Shown here: piece after piece, positions 20,981 through 31,094 of the stretch
Layout of the letters: each line of letters opens with the position of its first letter
Numbering within the stretch: the first letter of the stretch is position 1
Assembly (NCBI GenBank): GCA_049967655.1
Contig: JBMFSH010000010.1
Location: forward strand, 22,430 to 86,429
DNA from: Acidobacteriota bacterium
GTDB taxonomy: Bacteria > Acidobacteriota > UBA4820 > DSQY01
DNA length: 64,000 nucleotides
Direction of reading: 5' to 3'
The notes under the pieces: generated by a model
Database searches by the model: none
Told to the model about the DNA's origin: nothing
The model's input: the letters and a program-made list of their open reading frames with translations, nothing else
Translations under genes and position numbers: made by a program

Positions 20981-21490
20981 ATGGCAGACGATCGGAACGC
21001 CGAGGATCAGGGTCTGGTGACGATCCGCACCTACATGACCGTGCTGGAGGTGGAGTGGGCCCGCTCGGTGCTGGCCTCCGCCGGACTCTGCTGCTTCGTC
21101 CCGGACGCCGTGGGGGGGACTCTCTTTCCGATGCCCGGCGGCATTCGCCTCCAGGTGCCAGCCTCTGCGGCCGAGGAGTCCGAGCGCGTCCTCGCCGGCC
21201 AGGAGCTTGAAAGAGGGCTGGGATCGGAGACGCCCCACGGCGGGGAGGCCGCCGCGGAAACCGAGCCCGGCTCCCCGGACGAGGAGCCCGAGACCGTGGA
21301 GGCGGTAGAGCCACACGACCTCTGCCCGTCGCCGCCCTTCCTGTTCTGCCCAGCCTGCGGCTCCCTGGCCGTAAGGGAGACGCCCCCTCCGAAGTACGCC
21401 GCCGAAAGCGCCCTCAGCGGCGCCCTCTCGCGCTTTCTGGGCCGTGGCTGGCACCGTTGCGCCGACTGCGGCCACGAGTGGAAGGGCTGA
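20981..21490 (+). CDS. DUF2007-like small protein with a C-terminal zinc ribbon
   Basis: LVTIRTYMTVLEVEWARSVLASAGLCCFV resembles DUF2007. CPACGS ... CADCGHEW forms a four-Cys ribbon. Confidence 0.6.
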   Translation: MADDRNAEDQGLVTIRTYMTVLEVEWARSVLASAGLCCFVPDAVGGTLFPMPGGIRLQVPASAAEESERVLAGQELERGLGSETPHGGEAAAETEPGSPDEEPETVEAVEPHDLCPSPPFLFCPACGSLAVRETPPPKYAAESALSGALSRFLGRGWHRCADCGHEWKG

Positions 21491-21491
21491 G

Positions 21492-21511
21492 GACCGCCCC
21501 TTCGGTCTTTT
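21492..21511 (+). terminator. Weak intrinsic terminator candidate (GACCG-CCCCTT-CGGTC-TTTT)
   Basis: 5-bp stem followed by T4, immediately after the stop at 21490. Confidence 0.35.
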
Positions 21512-21517
21512 AGGCCA

Positions 21518-22636
21518 TCAGCGCCCGAACTCACTGAGGTTGCGCAGGAAGTGCAAGGTGTCCTCTCGGGTGAGCATGCCCACCATGCGCCCGCCGTCTA
21601 TCACGGGGAGCTGGTTGACCCCGTCCCGCTGCATCTCGTCTACGGCCCGCCAGAGTTCGGTGTCGGGGGCGAGGAGCTGGAGCTTCTCTACGGGGATCAT
21701 GGCCTGCTCGCACGTCGTCGTGGCCCACGAGGCCCTTGGGATCTCCCTCAGGCGGTGGAGCGTGAGGAGTCCGGCTAGGCTGTTGCCGCGCTCCACGACG
21801 AAGCAGCGCCGCCCGCTGCCCAGGATGTGCTCGTCCACCAGGCGCTGTAGCGTCAGGTCCGCGGGGACGGAGGCATACTCCTTGCTCATGGCCTCCGAGA
21901 CCCGATGGCCGGCCAGCACGTCGTGCGCGTCCTGGGTGTGGATCTGTCCGGCCGCGGCGCTGTCCAGGAACCATCCGATGAAGGCGATCCACACGCCGTC
22001 CATGAAATTGCCGGTGAGCACCTCCCAGACGCCGTAGAAGATGAAGAGGAGCGCCACGAAGCGCCCGACCCACGCGGCCATCAGCGTGGCCTTGCGGAAG
22101 CTGCCCGTGACCCCCCAGACCACGGCCCTCAAGACGCGTCCTCCGTCCAGCGGAAAGCCCGGGATGAGGTTGAACAGGACCAGCATGCCGTTGATGAGGG
22201 CCAGGTACTCGGCCAGAGCCAGGACGGGCCCGGCGGAGGTGAGACTCAGTCGCAGCAGGCCGAAGAGAAGGGCCAAGGCTAAGCTGACCGCCGGTCCCGC
22301 CACGGCGATCCAGAACTCCGCCAGGGCGCTGGGGGGCTCGGCACCGATCTGGGCCACACCCCCGAAGATGAAGAGCGTGATGCTGCGCACGGGGATTTTG
22401 TAGCGCATGGCTACCACCGAGTGCCCCAGCTCGTGCAGTAGAACGCTCGCGAAGAGCAGGATGGCCGTCAGGGCGCCCATCGCCCAGTAGAGCCCCGCCG
22501 GCCAGCCCGGGAACTCGTGGGGGTAGTAGCTCGCCGCGAGCGACCAGGTGATCAGGCCGAAGATCAGGAACCAGGTGTAGTCCAATCCGATGGGGATTCC
22601 CAGGATGCGTCCTAGGGGAATGGTATTGCGTCCCAT
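21518..22636 (-). CDS. Site-2 protease family (M50) metalloprotease with tandem CBS domains
   Basis: HELGH zinc motif in a polytopic N-terminal half. C-terminal CBS pair (…VSEAMSKEY…; …VNQLPVIDGGRMVGMLTRED). Confidence 0.88.
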   Translation of the reverse strand: MGRNTIPLGRILGIPIGLDYTWFLIFGLITWSLAASYYPHEFPGWPAGLYWAMGALTAILLFASVLLHELGHSVVAMRYKIPVRSITLFIFGGVAQIGAEPPSALAEFWIAVAGPAVSLALALLFGLLRLSLTSAGPVLALAEYLALINGMLVLFNLIPGFPLDGGRVLRAVVWGVTGSFRKATLMAAWVGRFVALLFIFYGVWEVLTGNFMDGVWIAFIGWFLDSAAAGQIHTQDAHDVLAGHRVSEAMSKEYASVPADLTLQRLVDEHILGSGRRCFVVERGNSLAGLLTLHRLREIPRASWATTTCEQAMIPVEKLQLLAPDTELWRAVDEMQRDGVNQLPVIDGGRMVGMLTREDTLHFLRNLSEFGR

Positions 22637-22716
22637 GGTTCATCTCCTAGACAGAACGTCAGCCGAGGCGACCGGCGGCCGGAAGGAACCGACGGCGGAG
22701 GGTTAGGCCTGGGCGC

Positions 22717-23574
22717 CTACTCAACCTTGGCCCCCTGGCGCGCGCTCCTGACCTCCCTGAAGGAGTATAGCAGCGCCGGCAGGGCTACGAAGAGCATGAA
22801 GAGACCCACGAGCACCTCCCCCGAATCGAGGAAGACGTACCGGTCCCACCCCAGGAGGGCCAGGATGCCGGCGAGGGCGAAGAGCAGCCCGCCGAAGAAG
22901 AGCGTGCGTCCGCCGGTCTGGGAGCCGATGCGGCGGATCTCCTGCTCGCTGAGGAGGTGCGTCCAGTGGAGGGAGGCGCCGAAGAGCGCCCCCACGGCGG
23001 CCAGGGTGAGCATGGTCCCCAAGCCGAAGAGGAGGCCGGGAAGGAAGCCCAGCCAGGCGCTTCCCATGGCCGGGGCCGCCACGGTGTTCACGAAAAGGGA
23101 GAAGGGGCCGAAGCCGAAGGCCGCGATGAAACCGTGTACTAGGGTCCAGCGCACGGGCGGCGCCTGTGGAGCCTGCGCCTTGTGGGTGTGGCGCATCTTC
23201 AGGACGTTGCTCGTGCACTCCATCCCGTTCCCCGCCTCGTGGTGGTGCCCCAGCAGGTGCAGGTGGAGGTAGCGGTTGCGCCGCAGCACGACGGTGCCCG
23301 CCGCCGTCATGACCGCTCCCACCGCCACGTAGACGATGCCGTCGAGCAGAGGGAGGCGCAGGAAGGGCGCCAGGGCCAGGTAGGCGAGCTCGGAGACGAT
23401 CATGCGCTGGAAGGTGAAGGCCGCCGAGAAGTACAGCCCCGCCCGCATGCCCTCCCATCCGCTGGCGCCGCCGATGGCGTAGCTGAAGGTGATGGGCCAG
23501 GTGTGCTCGTCGGGGAGGATCCCGTGCAGGAGTCCGAAGAGGAGCGAATAGGTCAGCGCCAGAATAGGGCTCAT
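22717..23574 (-). CDS. Polytopic membrane protein, putative Ni/Co-type metal transporter (UreH/NicO-like) with a His-rich loop
   Basis: LHGILPDEHTWPITF motif and the loop HLHLLGHHHEAGNGMECTSNVLKMRHTHK. Family assignment is tentative. Confidence 0.45.
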   Translation of the reverse strand: MSPILALTYSLLFGLLHGILPDEHTWPITFSYAIGGASGWEGMRAGLYFSAAFTFQRMIVSELAYLALAPFLRLPLLDGIVYVAVGAVMTAAGTVVLRRNRYLHLHLLGHHHEAGNGMECTSNVLKMRHTHKAQAPQAPPVRWTLVHGFIAAFGFGPFSLFVNTVAAPAMGSAWLGFLPGLLFGLGTMLTLAAVGALFGASLHWTHLLSEQEIRRIGSQTGGRTLFFGGLLFALAGILALLGWDRYVFLDSGEVLVGLFMLFVALPALLYSFREVRSARQGAKVE

Positions 23575-23680
23575 GGCCGTGCCTCCACCCTATGCTAACA
23601 CGACCGGCCGCACGCCCGCTTTCTCCCCCCCCGCGGCCCTCCTTGCGCTCCGACGTCTCTGGCCGGATGGTGGCGCTCTG

Positions 23681-24070
23681 CTACGGGGCCACCGTGGCCC
23701 CGTGCTCGCGGAGGAGCTCCCGAAGCACCGACCGGTGACAGTGGGATTCGTCTTCGCAGTAGCAGCCCACGGAGAGGTTCGTCTGGTGCGAGAGGGCGGC
23801 CAGCAGCGCGAGCAGGCGCTCGGCCTCCGGCCGCTTCATCTCGGCCCGGTAGCGCCGCTCGAAGGCCCGCCAGGCCCGCTCGTCGGTCGCCTGTTGCGCC
23901 TCCTTCACCAGCTTCTCCGAGGGGGCCAGCTCTGGCAGCCACGCGTCGTAGAAGTCCCGCGAGGCGTGCTCCGCCTTCGGCACCCCCCGCGGCGGCCGCC
24001 GCACCGTCCCCAGCCTCAGCCCCTCGCCCTCCGCCCTTGGGCTTCCTAGCCGCACCACCCGGATCGCCAT
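23681..24070 (-). CDS. DUF488 (YeaO-like) family protein
   Basis: MAIRVVRLGSPR…DAWLPELAPSEKL…CYCEDESHCHRSVL pattern. The track ORF start at 24196 is an extension. Confidence 0.7.
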   Translation of the reverse strand: MAIRVVRLGSPRAEGEGLRLGTVRRPPRGVPKAEHASRDFYDAWLPELAPSEKLVKEAQQATDERAWRAFERRYRAEMKRPEAERLLALLAALSHQTNLSVGCYCEDESHCHRSVLRELLREHGATVAP

Positions 24071-24146
24071 GGCAACCTCCTCCTCCCCGCCTCCGTCTGG
24101 CCACACTATAGCGCAGGAGGGGCGGGGAGCGAGACGCGCGCAAGGG

Positions 24147-24414
24147 TTCACCACGGAGGACGCGGAGAGCACGGAGGAAGAGGGGCGAGGAGGCACGGGG
24201 GCGATGAAGCGATTAGGCGATTAAGCGATTAAGCGATTAAGCGATGAAGCGATGAAGCGATGAAGCGATTAAGCGATGAAGCGATGAAGCGATTGGGCCA
24301 TGAGGCGATTGCGTGATGAGGTGATGAGGTGATGAGGTGATGAGGGCGCGGGGAGGCCTTCGAAGGCGGCACGCTGAACGGCTGCCTTCTTCGCTCCTTC
24401 ACTCCCTTCACCCC
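24147..24414 (+). repeat. Longest array: TTCACCAC head, 24 in-phase octamers (24153-24344), palindrome GCCTTCGAAGGC, then a mirrored pyrimidine arm
   Basis: Units drift from GCACGGAG to GCGAGGAG, GCGATGAA, GCGATTAA x3, GCGATGAA x3 and on to GTGATGAG x4. Palindrome at 24356-24367. Pyrimidine arm CCTTCTTCGCTCCTTCACTCCCTTCACCCC at 24385-24414. Confidence 0.92.
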
Positions 24415-24596
24415 GTGTAGGAACGCTCTCCGGAGCGCGATGGCTTCCAGCCGAGCAGGGGCGCACTTGGGAGCCGGCTGTAGGCGTCGGCCACGCCGGT
24501 CGCGGCCTGGCCCTTCTTCGGCGGACACGGCTTCGCCCGAGGCGCTGAAACCGGATCGCCCGCTCCTCCGTCCAAGGGACCTGAAGGAGGATTCCC

Positions 24597-24980
24597 ATGC
24601 CGGATTGGACTGCCATTGCGGCGATTACGACGGTCTTCGGGGCCGGCGTGATCATCGTTGCCATCGTCATGTGGGTTCATTACCGTAAGAGCATCATGCG
24701 CAACCAGGAGCGCTTGGCCGCCATCGAGAAGGGCATCCCTCTGCCGGACCTGGCCGAGCCCGGCGCCCCCGTGGGTCGGAACCACTTCCGCCATCCGTTG
24801 CGCCACGGTATCCGTTCCCTCTTTATCGGAGCGGGGCTGGCCTGGGCGCTCTACGTCAGCGTCGGGCCGACGGCGGCCGTGTGGGGCGGCTTCGTGGCCG
24901 TGATCGGCCTGGGCGACCTGGTCTACTGGGCGCTGGTGGGGCGGAAGGTGGAGAGCGCGCCCGGGGACGCTCCCCGCTGA
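24597..24980 (+). CDS. Small membrane protein (DUF6249-like), first gene of the ECF sigma cluster
   Basis: Two or three TM segments, AIEKGIPLP motif, GAAGGAGG SD. Confidence 0.65.
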   Translation: MPDWTAIAAITTVFGAGVIIVAIVMWVHYRKSIMRNQERLAAIEKGIPLPDLAEPGAPVGRNHFRHPLRHGIRSLFIGAGLAWALYVSVGPTAAVWGGFVAVIGLGDLVYWALVGRKVESAPGDAPR

Positions 24981-25026
24981 GCGGCCTCCGATCTTCTAAT
25001 ATTGGGAAAGGAAGAGGGAGCCGCGC

Positions 25027-25596
25027 ATGGAGCATCAGCCCGCCGAACAGCGCTGGATCGATGCCTTCAGGGCGGGTGACGCGGCGGCCTTCGCCAAAAT
25101 CATGGAACACTACGAGCCGTATGTTCTGGGGCTCATCTGGCGGATGACGGGCGATCGCGCCACGGCCGAGGACCTCTGTCAGGAGACCTTCCTGAAGGTC
25201 CTCAAGGGCCTCGGCTCCTTCCGGCGGGGCAGCAGCCTGAAGACGTGGATCTTCAGGATCGCCCACAACGCGGTGGTGGACCACGCGAGGGAGACGGGCC
25301 GCGCCGCCGAGCCGCTGGAGGAGTCCGGCGCCGATGCCTGCCCGCCCGATCCCGCGCCGACGCCCCTCGCGCAGGTGGAGGAGGGTCAGCTCCGCCGGGG
25401 GATCGAGGAGGCCATGGGGACCCTGGCGCCCCGCGAGAGGGAGATCCTGCACCTGCTCTACTGGGACGGCCTCAGCGTGGCGGAGATTGCCGCCGCCTGC
25501 ACCCTGCCCGAAGGGACGGTGAAGACGCTGCTCTTCCGCGCCCGCCGGGCGCTGAGAGACCGGGTGGCCCGAGATCTGATGGAGACTCGCCCATGA
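25027..25596 (+). CDS. ECF-family RNA polymerase sigma-70 factor
   Basis: Region 2 (DRATAEDLCQETFLKV) and region 4 (REREILHLLYWDGLSVAEIAAACTLPEGTVKTLLFRARRAL). Confidence 0.9.
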   Translation: MEHQPAEQRWIDAFRAGDAAAFAKIMEHYEPYVLGLIWRMTGDRATAEDLCQETFLKVLKGLGSFRRGSSLKTWIFRIAHNAVVDHARETGRAAEPLEESGADACPPDPAPTPLAQVEEGQLRRGIEEAMGTLAPREREILHLLYWDGLSVAEIAAACTLPEGTVKTLLFRARRALRDRVARDLMETRP

Positions 25597-26117
25597 CCTG
25601 CCGAGAATGCCTCGACCTGCTCGACGGCCTGGAGCCCGGTGCGCCGGTGCCGGAGGCCTGCCGGGAGCACGCGGCCTCCTGCCCCGCCTGCGCCCTGGCC
25701 CTGCGGATCGAGGGGAGCCTGCGGGAGGCGCCCGAGTGGGCCAAACAGCCGCACCTCGCCCTCGAAACGAGGGCCGACCTTCTGGGGCGGGCCCGCGTCG
25801 GCCGTCTGTTCTGGCGTCAGGCGGGGGGGCTCTTCGAGGAGGCCGCTGTCACGGCGCTGACCGTCCTCTCCGTGATCGCGGGGCTGGTGATCCTCTGGCC
25901 CAAGCTCTCGGCGGCGCTGGTGCCCGAGCCGGCGCGGCGGGCCGCGGCGGAGTACCTCGGGCCCGCGGCCAGATACCTCTCCGGCCTTCTCGCCCCGCTC
26001 GCTCCGCTCATCCGGGAGCCCTGGGGGCTGGCGCTCACCGCCGCCGCCCTCTTCTCCATCCTCATGGCCGTCGTCCTCAGCGCCAAAGTTCTCCTCCCCG
26101 CCCCGCACTTTCGGTAG
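25593..26117 (+). CDS. Anti-sigma factor (zf-HC2) with TM segments
   Basis: MTCRECLDLL…EHAASCPAC matches the H-x3-C-x2-C motif. ATGA start/stop overlap with the sigma gene. Confidence 0.8.
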   Translation: MTCRECLDLLDGLEPGAPVPEACREHAASCPACALALRIEGSLREAPEWAKQPHLALETRADLLGRARVGRLFWRQAGGLFEEAAVTALTVLSVIAGLVILWPKLSAALVPEPARRAAAEYLGPAARYLSGLLAPLAPLIREPWGLALTAAALFSILMAVVLSAKVLLPAPHFR

Positions 26118-26344
26118 CACAAGGCCGCGGGGGAAAGGGCGGTGAAGTGGTCTGTATGGTGAATCCCCAAACTGCTGAGCCGGCTGAATTCCCGCGTTCG
26201 CGGGAATGACGGGGAGAGGATACGGCCAGCCGCGAGGGGACCAACGCGGCGCCTTGTGCGGCCCATTTCCCCCTGCCCGGCAGTACCCTCGGCGCCGTGA
26301 AAGCGGGAGATCCGGTAAGCATTTAGGGCCGCGAAGATAGGGGT

Positions 26345-26426
26345 TTCATTCATCCCGCTTCGTGCCTCGGTGGTAATTCTTCTTTCCCCTCTTCTCTCCG
26401 TGCTCTCCGTGTGCTCCGTGGTGAAT
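26345..26426 (-). repeat. Copy of the TTCACCAC-CGGAG… array element (purine strand is minus)
   Basis: Minus strand reads TTCACCACGGAGCACACGGAGAGCACGGAGAGAAGAGGGGAAAGAAG…GAGGCACGAAGCGGGATGAA. The first about 40 nt match 24147-24185 with 2 substitutions and 1 indel. Lies just 3' of the aroF stop. Confidence 0.8.
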
Positions 26427-26440
26427 GCCCCTCTCTTCGC

Positions 26441-27520
26441 CTACCCCGCAGCGCCCCAGCCGAGGCCGCGGCGGCCCGAGCCGGTCCGGCGGAGGCCCTG
26501 GCGGGGGGCGGCGAGGCTGCGGCCGACGGCTTCGGCGACGGGGCCGATCTCGTCCATGAGCTGGCGGAACTCGGCGAGGGTGAGGGACTGGTCCCCGTCG
26601 GAGAGGGCGCGGTCGGGGTCGGGGTGCACCTCCACCATGAGGCCGTCGGCTCCGGCGGCGACGGCGGCTCGGGCCATGGGGATGACGGCGGCGCGGCGAC
26701 CGGTGCCGTGGGAGGGGTCCACGACGACCGGCAGGTGGGTGCGGGCCTTCAGGATGGGCACGGCGTTGAGGTCGAGGGTGTTGCGCGTGGCCGTCTCGAA
26801 GGTCTTGATGCCGCGCTCGCAGAGGATGACGTTGGGGTTGCCCTGGAGCAGGAGATACTCGGCGGCGAGGAGGAACTCGGCTATCCCGGCGGAGGGGCCG
26901 CGTTTCAAAAGGGCGGCCTTGCCCGTGCGTCCCACGGCCTTGAGGAGCGGGAAGTTCTGCATGGAGCGAGCGCCGAGCTGGAAGCAGTCCACGAAGGGGG
27001 CCATGGCCTCCACGTCGCCCGGGTCCATCACCTCGGAGACCACGGGCAGGCCGGCGGCGCGGCCCGCCTCCTGGAGCATCTCCAGGGCCTCGCGGCCGAA
27101 GCCCTGGAAGGAATAGGGAGAGGTCCTCGGCTTGTAGGCGCCGCCCCTGAGCACCGTGGCGCCGTAGGCGGAGACGAAGCGCGCGCAGGTCTGCACCTGC
27201 GTGGGGCCCTCCACGGAGCAGGGTCCGGCCATGACGGCGAGGGCCGGGCCGCCCACGAGGCAGGGGCCGATGGCGACGGTGGTCCTGCCCGGGTTGGCCT
27301 CCAGCGAGGCGAGGGCCGGCGTGCTCTCGCCCGGCTGGACCCACTCCACGCCGGCCATGGCGCGCAGGTTCCCGGCGAAGGCCACACCCGAGCCGAGTCC
27401 GGCAAGGAAGCTGCCGAAGGGCAGGGCCACGGGATGGACCTCGAAGCCGGCTTTGGCGAGGGTCTCGGCGACGGCGCCGCGTTCGGAGGGGGAGGCGGTG
27501 GGGCTCATCTTGACGATCAT
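26441..27520 (-). CDS. aroF: 3-deoxy-7-phosphoheptulonate (DAHP) synthase, type I-beta, with an N-terminal ferredoxin-like regulatory domain
   Basis: Catalytic core MAGPCSVEG…[11 protein letters not shown]…LSDG. About 70-aa N-terminal extension. ATGA overlap with the trpA stop. Confidence 0.88.
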   Translation of the reverse strand: MIVKMSPTASPSERGAVAETLAKAGFEVHPVALPFGSFLAGLGSGVAFAGNLRAMAGVEWVQPGESTPALASLEANPGRTTVAIGPCLVGGPALAVMAGPCSVEGPTQVQTCARFVSAYGATVLRGGAYKPRTSPYSFQGFGREALEMLQEAGRAAGLPVVSEVMDPGDVEAMAPFVDCFQLGARSMQNFPLLKAVGRTGKAALLKRGPSAGIAEFLLAAEYLLLQGNPNVILCERGIKTFETATRNTLDLNAVPILKARTHLPVVVDPSHGTGRRAAVIPMARAAVAAGADGLMVEVHPDPDRALSDGDQSLTLAEFRQLMDEIGPVAEAVGRSLAAPRQGLRRTGSGRRGLGWGAAG

Positions 27521-28377
27521 GGGGTCTGCTCCTTCCCGGCGCGGGCAGGGGGACTTCCCGCGAGCTGCCGGATGAAATGCTGGGCGGCGCGGCGGGGGTC
27601 GCCGGCGCCGGCGGTTTCGAGGTGGCGGACGAAGGCCGAGCCGACCACGGCGGCCTCGCAGAGGGACCAGAGCCCCTCCACGTCGGCGTGGTCCTTCACG
27701 CCGAAGCCCACGGCCACGGGAAGGGCGGAGACGGCGCGCGCGGCGCCGACCCTTTCGGCCAGGTCCGAACCGGCGCTGCCGTGCGTGCCGGTCACACCCT
27801 CGCGGGCCACCACGTAGAGGAAGCCTCCCCCGTGCGCCGCGATGCGCGCGGCCCGCTCGGGGGTGGTATTGGGGCTGAGGAGGACCACAGGGTCGAGCCC
27901 CCCGCGCCGGATCTCGCTGAACCAGGCGGGCTCCTCCTCGGGCGCGCAATCCAAAAGGAGCAGGCCGTCCGCCCCGGCGTCGCGGGCCCTCCCGAGGAAG
28001 CGGTCGAGGCCGAAGGCGAGGACGGGGTTGGCATAGGTGAAGAGAACCACGGGGAGGTCATTCTCGGCGCGAAGCCGTTCGAGCAGGGAGAGGGTTCCCT
28101 CCACCGAGCCGCCCGAGGCCAGCGCGCGCTGGTGGGCCCGCTGGATCACGGGGCCGTCGGCCACCGGGTCGGAGCAGGGGATGCCGATCTCCAGCGCACG
28201 GGCGCCTCCCTCGGCGGCGCCGGCGGCGGCCTCCAGGAAGGCCTCGGGGGTGGGATCGAAGGCGGTGAGGTAGGGGATCAGGGCGCGGCCAGGAGCCAGC
28301 GCTTGCTCCAAGCGGCTGGTGTTCCTGGGGTGTCGAGACGGGCGCTGGTCGGCGTGGGTAGCGGTGTGCTCTCGCAT
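27517..28377 (-). CDS. trpA: Tryptophan synthase alpha chain
   Basis: [11 protein letters not shown]…[18 protein letters not shown] motifs. Start MREHTA is preceded by GGAG right after the trpB stop. Confidence 0.9.
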   Translation of the reverse strand: MREHTATHADQRPSRHPRNTSRLEQALAPGRALIPYLTAFDPTPEAFLEAAAGAAEGGARALEIGIPCSDPVADGPVIQRAHQRALASGGSVEGTLSLLERLRAENDLPVVLFTYANPVLAFGLDRFLGRARDAGADGLLLLDCAPEEEPAWFSEIRRGGLDPVVLLSPNTTPERAARIAAHGGGFLYVVAREGVTGTHGSAGSDLAERVGAARAVSALPVAVGFGVKDHADVEGLWSLCEAAVVGSAFVRHLETAGAGDPRRAAQHFIRQLAGSPPARAGKEQTP

Positions 28378-28387
28378 GGGTGGCTCC

Positions 28388-29623
28388 TCAGCAGAAGGGT
28401 CCATGGGCGTCGGGGCCCGCGGCGGCGGGGCCATCGGTGGAGGCGGCCGAGAGGTTGCCCATGTCCTTGTCCCCGCGGCCCGAGAGGTTCAGGAGCACCC
28501 GTGCTTTCGGTCCCAGCTCGGCGGCCCCGCGCTCCAGCAGGTAAGCCACGGCGTGGGCGCTTTCAAGGGCGGGGATGATGCCCTCCAGCTCGGCAAGCCT
28601 GTGGAAGGCGCGCAGAGCCGAGCCGTCGGGGACGCTCGTGTAGCGCGCCCGCCCCGTGCGGAAGAGGTCGCTGTGCTCGGGCCCAACGGCGGGGTAGTCC
28701 AGGCCCGCCGCCACCGACTCGGTGGACAGCACCTGGCCATCCGGATCCTGGAGGAGGTAGGTGAAGCAGCCGTGCAGGATGCCCGGCGAGCCCCCCGAGA
28801 AGCGGGCTGCGTGGTGGCCCGGCTCCGGCGAGGAGCCGCCCGCCTCCACCCCCACGAGGGCCACGGCCTCGTCCCCAAGGAAGGCGGAGAAGAGGCCGAT
28901 GGAGTTCGAGCCACCGCCGACGCAGGCCACGGCGGCGTCGGGCAGGCGCCCCTCGGCCTCCAGGAACTGTCCGCGGGCCTCTTCGCCGATGACCGATTGG
29001 AAGGTGCGCACGATGGCGGGAAAGGGGCGCGGGCCCAGGGCCGATCCCAGGAGGTAGTGGGTGTCGGAGGGGTGGGCAGCCCAGTCGCGCAGGGCCTCGT
29101 TGATGGCCTCCTTGAGAGTGGCCGCCCCCGACTCCACGGGCTCCACGCGGGCGCCGAGCATGCGCATCCGGGCGACGTTCGGTGCCTGGCGCTCCATGTC
29201 GGTGCGGCCCATGTAGACGGTGCAAGGGAGGCCCAGCAGAGCGCAGGCCGTGGCGGAGGCGACGCCGTGCTGGCCGGCGCCCGTCTCCGCAATGACGCGC
29301 CTCTTGCCCATGCGCTTGGCGAGCAGGGCCTGGCCGAGGGCGTTGTTGATCTTGTGGGAGCCCGTGTGACCGAGGTCCTCACGTTTGAGGTAGACCACGG
29401 CGAGCCGTGCCTCGGCGGCGAGGCGCCCGGCCTTGAAGAGGGGCGTGGGGCGGCCCGAGTAGTCGCGCAGGAGGCGCCGGAAGGAGTCGCGGAAGGGCTC
29501 GTCGGCCCACGCCGAGCAAAAGGCCTCCTCCAGTTCGAGCAGGGGAGCCATGAGGGTCTCCGGTACGAAGCGGCCGCCGAAGGGGCCGAAATCCCGCTGT
29601 TGGGTCGTCAGATCGAAGGGCAT
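28388..29623 (-). CDS. trpB: Tryptophan synthase beta chain
   Basis: [14 protein letters not shown], the PLP-lysine region HTGSHKINN, and GGGSNSIG. Confidence 0.95.
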   Translation of the reverse strand: MPFDLTTQQRDFGPFGGRFVPETLMAPLLELEEAFCSAWADEPFRDSFRRLLRDYSGRPTPLFKAGRLAAEARLAVVYLKREDLGHTGSHKINNALGQALLAKRMGKRRVIAETGAGQHGVASATACALLGLPCTVYMGRTDMERQAPNVARMRMLGARVEPVESGAATLKEAINEALRDWAAHPSDTHYLLGSALGPRPFPAIVRTFQSVIGEEARGQFLEAEGRLPDAAVACVGGGSNSIGLFSAFLGDEAVALVGVEAGGSSPEPGHHAARFSGGSPGILHGCFTYLLQDPDGQVLSTESVAAGLDYPAVGPEHSDLFRTGRARYTSVPDGSALRAFHRLAELEGIIPALESAHAVAYLLERGAAELGPKARVLLNLSGRGDKDMGNLSAASTDGPAAAGPDAHGPFC

Positions 29624-30291
29624 GGGTCACTCCTGAGGGGAATGGTCGGAACGGAAAAGCCGGGCGCCGCAGCGGCCAGTGCGCGGCGAGCTGCCGCGCA
29701 GAAGGCCCGGACCCGGCCGGGGTCTTTCACGCCGGGCGAGGACTCCAGGCCCGTGGCGGCGTCCACGCCGGCGGGGGAGCAGGCTGCCACGGCGGACTCC
29801 ACGTTGTCCGGCCCGAGCCCGCCCGCGAGGAGGAAGGGGCGAGGGGCGGAGGCGGCGAGGCTCCAGTCGAAGCGGCGCCCGTTGCCGCCGGCGGCCGGGC
29901 CAGGCGCGTCGAGCAGGAGCAGGTGGCCCCAGGTAGGCGCCGGCAGGGAGCCCGGCAGGGCCCGCCGGGCTTCGAGCAGGCGCCAGCCGGTCCGGGCAAG
30001 CTCGCGCCGGAGGGATGGGGCCGGGGCGGCCGTGAGCTGGAGCCAGCCCGGCGCGAACCCCGCTAGCGACGCGAGGGACGCCGCGTTCAGGGGGGAGAGG
30101 ACGAGGACGGGCACCAACCCGAGGGAGCGGGCCGCGCCCTGAAGGCGGGCCATGGATTCGGGCGGAAGGAAGCGCGGACTTCGCTCCCAGCCGTTGAGGC
30201 CGGCGTGGGTCGCCCCCGCCAGCGCGCAGAATTCCAGTTCGCGCTCGGTGCGAATGCCGCAGACCTTGATCCAGGGCCGGCGAGGGCTCAT
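29608..30291 (-). CDS. trpF: Phosphoribosylanthranilate isomerase
   Basis: IKVCGIRT N-terminus and [11 protein letters not shown]. 16-nt overlap with trpB. Confidence 0.85.
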   Translation of the reverse strand: MSPRRPWIKVCGIRTERELEFCALAGATHAGLNGWERSPRFLPPESMARLQGAARSLGLVPVLVLSPLNAASLASLAGFAPGWLQLTAAPAPSLRRELARTGWRLLEARRALPGSLPAPTWGHLLLLDAPGPAAGGNGRRFDWSLAASAPRPFLLAGGLGPDNVESAVAACSPAGVDAATGLESSPGVKDPGRVRAFCAAARRALAAAAPGFSVPTIPLRSDPCPSI

Positions 30292-31094
30292 GCGAACCTC
30301 CGGGCCGGTTCGTCCCCGAGGGCCAGCCGGTAGGTGTGCAACAGCTCGTCGGGACGTTCGGAGCGCATGAGGGTCTCGCCGATGAGAAAGCCGTGGGCGC
30401 CGGCGGCCCTCAACTCCACGAGGTCCCGGTGGGTCCGGATGCCGCTCTCGGCGATGCAGGCGCAGGTCGAGGGACAGCGCGCCGCGAGGCGCTTCACCCG
30501 CTCCAGGTCCACCTCGAAGGTGTCGAGATCGCGCGCGTTGATTCCCACCAGCCGGGCGCCCGAGCCCGAGGCCTCCTCCAGCTCGCTCTCCGCGTGGACC
30601 TCCACCAGCGGCTCCAGACCCTGGCGAAGGCTCTCGGCCACGAAGGCCGCGAGCCGCCCCTCCAGCACCCGGGCGATGAGCAGGACCCAGCGGGCCCCCG
30701 CGGCGCGGGCCGTGAGGAGCTGGTAGGGGTCCACCACGAAATCCTTGTAGAGGACGGGGAGGGGCACGGCGGCCGCCGCGGCCCGCACGTCCGCGTCCGA
30801 TCCTCGGAAGAAGTCGGGCTCCGCGAGCACGCTCACGGCCCCGGCTCCGCCCTGAGCGTAGCGGCGCGCGCGGGCGGCCACGTCCACCTCGCCGGCGATG
30901 AGCCCCTTGCTCGGAGAGGCGCGCTTGATCTCGCCGATGAGGAAGCCGCGAGAGGAGCGCACGCCGGGGGCCGGATCGGGGGGAGGAACGGCCGGGCCGA
31001 GCCGGCGGTCGAGCTCGGCGGCGGGCAGGAGGGCCTCGGCTTCCTCCACGCGGCGCATGCGCTGGTTTAAGATCGTCTCAAGATACCTGTGCAC
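30288..31094 (-). CDS. trpC: Indole-3-glycerol-phosphate synthase
   Basis: LIGEIKRASPSKG, VLYKDFVVDPYQ, VGINARDL and ESGI motifs. 4-nt overlap with trpF. Confidence 0.92.
   Translation of the reverse strand: MHRYLETILNQRMRRVEEAEALLPAAELDRRLGPAVPPPDPAPGVRSSRGFLIGEIKRASPSKGLIAGEVDVAARARRYAQGGAGAVSVLAEPDFFRGSDADVRAAAAAVPLPVLYKDFVVDPYQLLTARAAGARWVLLIARVLEGRLAAFVAESLRQGLEPLVEVHAESELEEASGSGARLVGINARDLDTFEVDLERVKRLAARCPSTCACIAESGIRTHRDLVELRAAGAHGFLIGETLMRSERPDELLHTYRLALGDEPARRFA

Noticed and set aside
24229-24670. ORFs translating to periodic peptides (…IASSLNRFIASSLHRLIA…), with similar ones at 20615-20815 and 51548-51784
   Set aside because: They are translations of the 8-nt arrays, where a 24-nt super-period gives 8-aa peptide repeats. 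They occur in several frames and on both strands and have no start context. They are not coding.
26186-26212. GAATTCCCGCGTTCGCGGGAATGACGG, which resembles a type I-E-style palindromic CRISPR repeat
   Set aside because: It is a single copy with no neighbouring repeats or spacers. It is more likely a simple hairpin in the convergent anti-sigma/aroF spacer. There is no U-tract, so I did not call it a terminator either.
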